A stretch of DNA of 64,000 bases from assembly GCA_051294375.1 (NCBI GenBank), contig CM119270.1:2656059-2720058 (forward strand), given 5' to 3'. The translations under genes and the position numbers were made by a program. The stretch is from Paraspadella gotoi. Lineage: Eukaryota; Animalia; Chaetognatha. The first letter of the stretch is position 1; every line of letters begins with the position of its first letter. Under the pieces are notes generated by a model, which was given only the letters and a program-made list of their open reading frames with translations, was not told where the DNA came from and did not search any database. Positions 59,402 through 64,000 of the stretch are shown here, piece after piece.

Positions 59402-61934
59402 GTGGGACGCGGGGAGGGAGTAGTCAGGAAATTGTTGGCGCACGGGGGGCGTAGCACGACGGAGAAGTTGATGGGCCTCGTTTCCCCTTTTTCGGCGCGG
59501 AAAACAAAAAGGAACTTGGAAGTGTGGATGGTTTTCTTGCTCGAACTAAAAGGGGGAAATCACGGAGTTTTTCCGAATTTAATTCGTATTTATTTTCCAG
59601 ATTTTTTTTGTCGCGTTTTAGTTAATGGAAAGTTTTAGATAATAAGGATTTTATAGTTTAATATTGCTTGCGCGCGATGCTAATTTCGAAAAAAACATCA
59701 ACCCTACTCTTCTCTTTGTCCGGTTCGCTCTAGTTTGAAACGTATGGCCTACCGTTTAGTGCGTAGTGTTTTGAAAAAAAAAAAAACTATATTGTCGTGT
59801 TTTTGGAGAAAACCCCAAAAAAGATCCTAGCCAATTTTATTTTATTCAAACGGACAATGGAAAAACTGCCGTCTCTCTAGAAAATTGATTGGTCAATGCG
59901 TCGTTATGTATTTTACACTCGCCGCGTTTTGTTTTTTTTCCAGTTTCTAAAATATTATCATTATTACGATGGCATAATCTCGAGTATTTTACGCATATAG
60001 ATTGAAATATACAGCTTTTTTTAATTAGTATAAAATAAATCGATGTTGTCAGACATGTTATCCTAGCTAAGGTATGCCAAATCGATGTAGCTTTTCTTTC
60101 TTGATTTACTAATACCAAAATAAAAATTTTTTTTTTGTCGCATTACGTTGCGACACTTTTTTTCTTATCTTCATCCGAAACTAAAGGATTTTCCCACCGA
60201 GAAAGATCCAACTCGCTGTTTTGAGATGTTTATCGTCTAAAATCATATAAAACACGAGAAAATTCGTTCGATGACATTGGTCGAGATATCCCCCTAGTTG
60301 ATACTTGAATGGCAGACATATGTGGGATGTATATTAGTTGAACTAAAAGGAATGCTCACGAAACAAGGATTCATTTTTTTTTTTGCGAGCCCCGGGTTAG
60401 AGTTACCGGGGTTACCCCGGTTACTCCGTGTTATAACGTTTTTACCATCAATTTTTATCGCTATTACGAAAATCAATGTTGTCACTTTCCGTATACACCG
60501 CATGCGAGAGATTTCACCGAACTACGCGCCAACAAGTATACTTCTCGACGACCTCGTGTGGTGTGTATAACCGGCCATCTAAGAATGTGATGGACTTTGT
60601 ATCGCGTCAGTTAATAAAATATTAAAATAAATTATCGGGCGGAAATCAATTTCTTGCCAATCCTTTTTTTTTTTGCTCTGGCACTTCATATAATGAACTT
60701 TTTTTTGCGATTCCCCTTTTTCGCTCAAGTTTTCCCTTTGGTTAGATTTTTCTGTTTCTCTTTAAACCTAGAACAGTTTTTAGCAAGTCTAGATTATTAG
60801 AAATTTAAGATCCACGTTTCACTATATAAAGATCTGTAGCATATTTACCTTTAAAATTTATTTTATGCTTTCACACTTTGTTTCAAGATGATGCGCCCGT
60901 GATGATGATGTCACTCGAATTCACCACAAACTTTTGTTTTTGTTTTATTATCCCATTAAGAATTGAAGAAGTCAGTGAGCAGAATAAGTACTAACTTTAG
61001 TATATTATTTATGACCTTCGTCTTTTTTTTTTTTAATAAAGACCCTAATAAAGACATAAGTTATTTAGCGAATTGTTATTTTTCAGACTTAAGCCGCCAG
61101 GATAAACCATATTTAGCATGACTGACGTAATCCTCATATTAATGTAGGAATATAATAATTGTGTGTAGTAAGTCTGAGGCAGGGGCATCTCATGTCGGAC
61201 ACTCCTATCCTAAATAAGTTTTTAGAAAACCAAATCCAAAGTTAAAGAGATATAATTTAAACTTATGATATATGCAAATGACATTACTCAATCTTTTTTC
61301 ATGCATACATACATCATAAGAATAAGAAGTTGATATTAATTAAAAAGTAAATATCCAAGCTTACCTTGAAGACAACGATTTTCTACATCGCCTGCTTTCG
61401 ATTGTTATGCAACTAATTTTGGGTGGGCAATTAGGGCAGGGCTGCGGCGTTCTTTAAGCGATCCCATTTCCCTGATAAATTGATCAGATTTTAGATAAGA
61501 TTTTGATCTTTTGAATATTCTTTTTAATCTACCCGTCTCCGGAACTCTGATGAGAGAGGGATCGACTTTTTGATCCAACCGTGGCAATCGCCCCCGCTTT
61601 GATTATCTTTCGTCGATTATATTTTTTGTTGCAACGTCATGATAATTATCTCCGATCGGCTCAGCAATTTAAAAGCCACTTTGAGAAGAAACGCAAAATG
61701 AAAAAAATAAGGCGAATGAGATTAGTATTCATTCTGGGAGAGACTGAAAGTTTACCTCGTCAGGATTTCTAGACTCTAGATTAATTCTTGAGTTGAGGTT
61801 CACAAACAAGTAGGGTTATTCACCTAAACTTAATTTTTCGAAGGAATAACTCTTTGGGGCTGGTCTTTTATTAGCCAAATATTTTTTTTTAAATATTGAA
61901 AATTTAATAGATAATAATTACTAGTTGGAAATGA

Positions 61935-62052
61935 GGGTTATTTTTACTTTCGCCGACCGGGGTTAGGGAGGGGTTAGGGGTAGTTAGGGTTAAGAGGGTT
62001 TAGTGTAAGTTTTTTTTTTAAAAACCGCGGTCGGCGAAAGTAAAATTTAGCC
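61935..62052 (+). mobile_element. 118-bp MITE with ~25-bp TIRs, GG termini and perfect 8-bp TSD (Merlin-like)
   Basis: GGAAATGA-[GGGTTATTTTTACTTTCGCCGACCG...CGGTCGGCGAAAGTAAAATTTAGCC]-GGAAATGA, with internal GGTTAGGG-like repeats. Confidence 0.85.
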
Positions 62053-64000
62053 GGAAATGATATGATCTAATATTTTGTCTAAAACAAAAGACTTAGCACA
62101 AGTTTTATCGCTTAACATAGTAATTCTGATTTTAAATATTTAAATATTAAATATTGAAAAAAAAAACGAGTATGTTGTGAGTCAGAAATTTGAATAAGAC
62201 ACGGAGAGCAGTCTAAACGAAAACTATCTTTTTTCGTGGCTTGTCCAAAATGAACATTACTAGACCCTCGAAACTCTGTAACATTTCGCCGTGGTTCCCG
62301 CAATAAGAACCCCATTGTTCCATAGAGCAATAATTTTATTCGCACGAGCGCCCGGGGCTTTGGCCTATATTATTTCCCTTTTGCTCCGCTTCCCATTTTC
62401 TATTTTTCTTTCTACGATTTCTCGTCCTGGACCAGATAAGTACTCCCTTTCAAAGACGCCACCTCGGTTCTTCTGCTTTCATCTGGTTAAATAGTTTCCG
62501 AGTCTTTGTTCAATTAGAAAAAGATTTTGTTAGTTCCCAATTATTCTATAACTTAAAATCGTGTGTGGGCTTAACGTGATTTTTTTTTTAAATATAAGCA
62601 AAATTGCTTAGAAATTGTTTCTGCAATATAAAAATTATTCACTCATTCAATAAACAAACGCACTTAATTATAATTCTATAAAAATTTATTGGAAAGTACA
62701 TTATACATTGAAAAACTCTGACTTAAGTCACGTTACGTACGTTCTTACGCCAACGCTAATTCCTAACACCGTAGTGGACGACCGGGAAACCCGAAAAAAA
62801 AAAGCACGTGCGAACCGATTTACCTCAACGCGCTGCCCGTACGGACGAGGCTAGAAAGGAAAGAGATCGGGAGAAGAAGAAAAGGGAGGCAGATTGTCAA
62901 CCTAGGCCATTGAGGAGGAGGAGGAAGAGGGAAAAGAGGAGGAGGAAGCAGAAGCGAGGAAAGAGAACGAGAGGAGGAAGAGGAGGAAAACGATTCGGAA
63001 CGCGGTCTCGAGGAAAGGAGAGGGGGGGAGAGAAAGAGAGAGAAACTAGGAGAGACAGAGAGAGAGATTGAGAGAGCGAAAGAGGAAAATCGTTTGTTGC
63101 TTCCAGCACACATGTTGCCAGCGTCACATGCGCCCTCATACGAAAAAAAAACCCTCGTTTTTATCGATAATGCGTCGCGGCGTCACCGGAGGATCGAATC
63201 CCAATTTACGTTTACTTTATTTCCTGGACAAAGACGACGCCAGCGACCTCGGGAGTTGTCGAGAGGAGTCGCGGGGACCAAGGTCCGAAGTTGGCCTCCA
63301 CCCCGCGTTGGAAGGCCCGGTCGTTGAGCGGGTCGGCGACGAGACGGGACACTGGCCGAAAACCACGAACGCCCCTTCGACAACACTGTCGGCTGTGAAA
63401 CTTCTGCGCGCGCCTGCGTTATTAGCGTATTTCTTTCAATCTCTTCTCTAGAAAATGAATCGTCTTGCTTAGGTAAGGAGTGGATATCAAAAAGCAAAAA
63501 TTTTTCCTTGATAATTTCATAGTGTTAATATGAATGATAACTGCTAATGCTTTAAATTTAAAAAATCGTTTATAAAATGAAAAAAAGAGTCAAATGCGCA
63601 GTTTTTAGCGAAAGATACTGAAGAATACCTTGATAATTGTAATTGTCTCCTTTGTTTTGCTCGGAATTAACTCAACTTACCAGTTCTACACTTAATAAAA
63701 ACATATTTTTATCGCACGAAAAACTACTATTACCTTTTTATTACTACCAATACTTTTTTCAAAGTCTATGGCTCAATGTCTCGCTTCGCCAACCGCCGTT
63801 TTAATCTCACCGCTCGTTCTCCGCCTACCCCCCCCTCTCCCGCGCAGGTCGAGTCGCTCTTGACTTCATAAAGAGACGGCAAGGAACCAACCTTATTCTC
63901 CCACCTCCTTCCTCTCCCCCTTCACGGTTCCACCCACGATTTTTTCAATAAAACTCTTGGCCGAGCGTCATGACGTGGAATCTTCGATGTCGATGATGAC

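Overview
Eukaryotic, probably invertebrate metazoan, genomic DNA: GC- and CpG-rich exons, AT-rich introns full of (GA)n/(CT)n and other microsatellites, and several N gaps. I spliced six genes by hand: a large acidic low-complexity orphan-like gene (+, ~5.8-11.1 kb), an OMA1-like M48 metalloprotease (+), a luciferase/4-coumarate-CoA-ligase-like (ANL) gene (+, 25997-30361), SPAG6/PF16 (-, 42527-44778), eIF5 (+, 48402-51372) and creatine kinase (+, 52666/54702-59401). The ~12.1-20.7 kb block is an indel-riddled second copy of 20.7-27.7 kb, most likely an unpolished long-read or alternate-haplotype assembly artefact. Main observations: (1) the ANL protein has its ATP-binding P-loop replaced by a 23-glycine GGC expansion and has lost other adenylation residues, suggesting a pseudoenzyme; (2) splice signals are unusually relaxed, with four AG|GCGAG GC donors, one probable GG-AG intron and many AAG acceptors; (3) every upstream AUG of eIF5 is in poor context, as in eIF5 autoregulation; (4) SPAG6 and eIF5 share a head-to-head promoter with an RFX X-box; (5) an SRP-Alu-domain-like fold lies in an OMA1 intron; (6) there are small MITEs with clear TSDs. 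All calls come from manual reading, with no database searches or folding runs.
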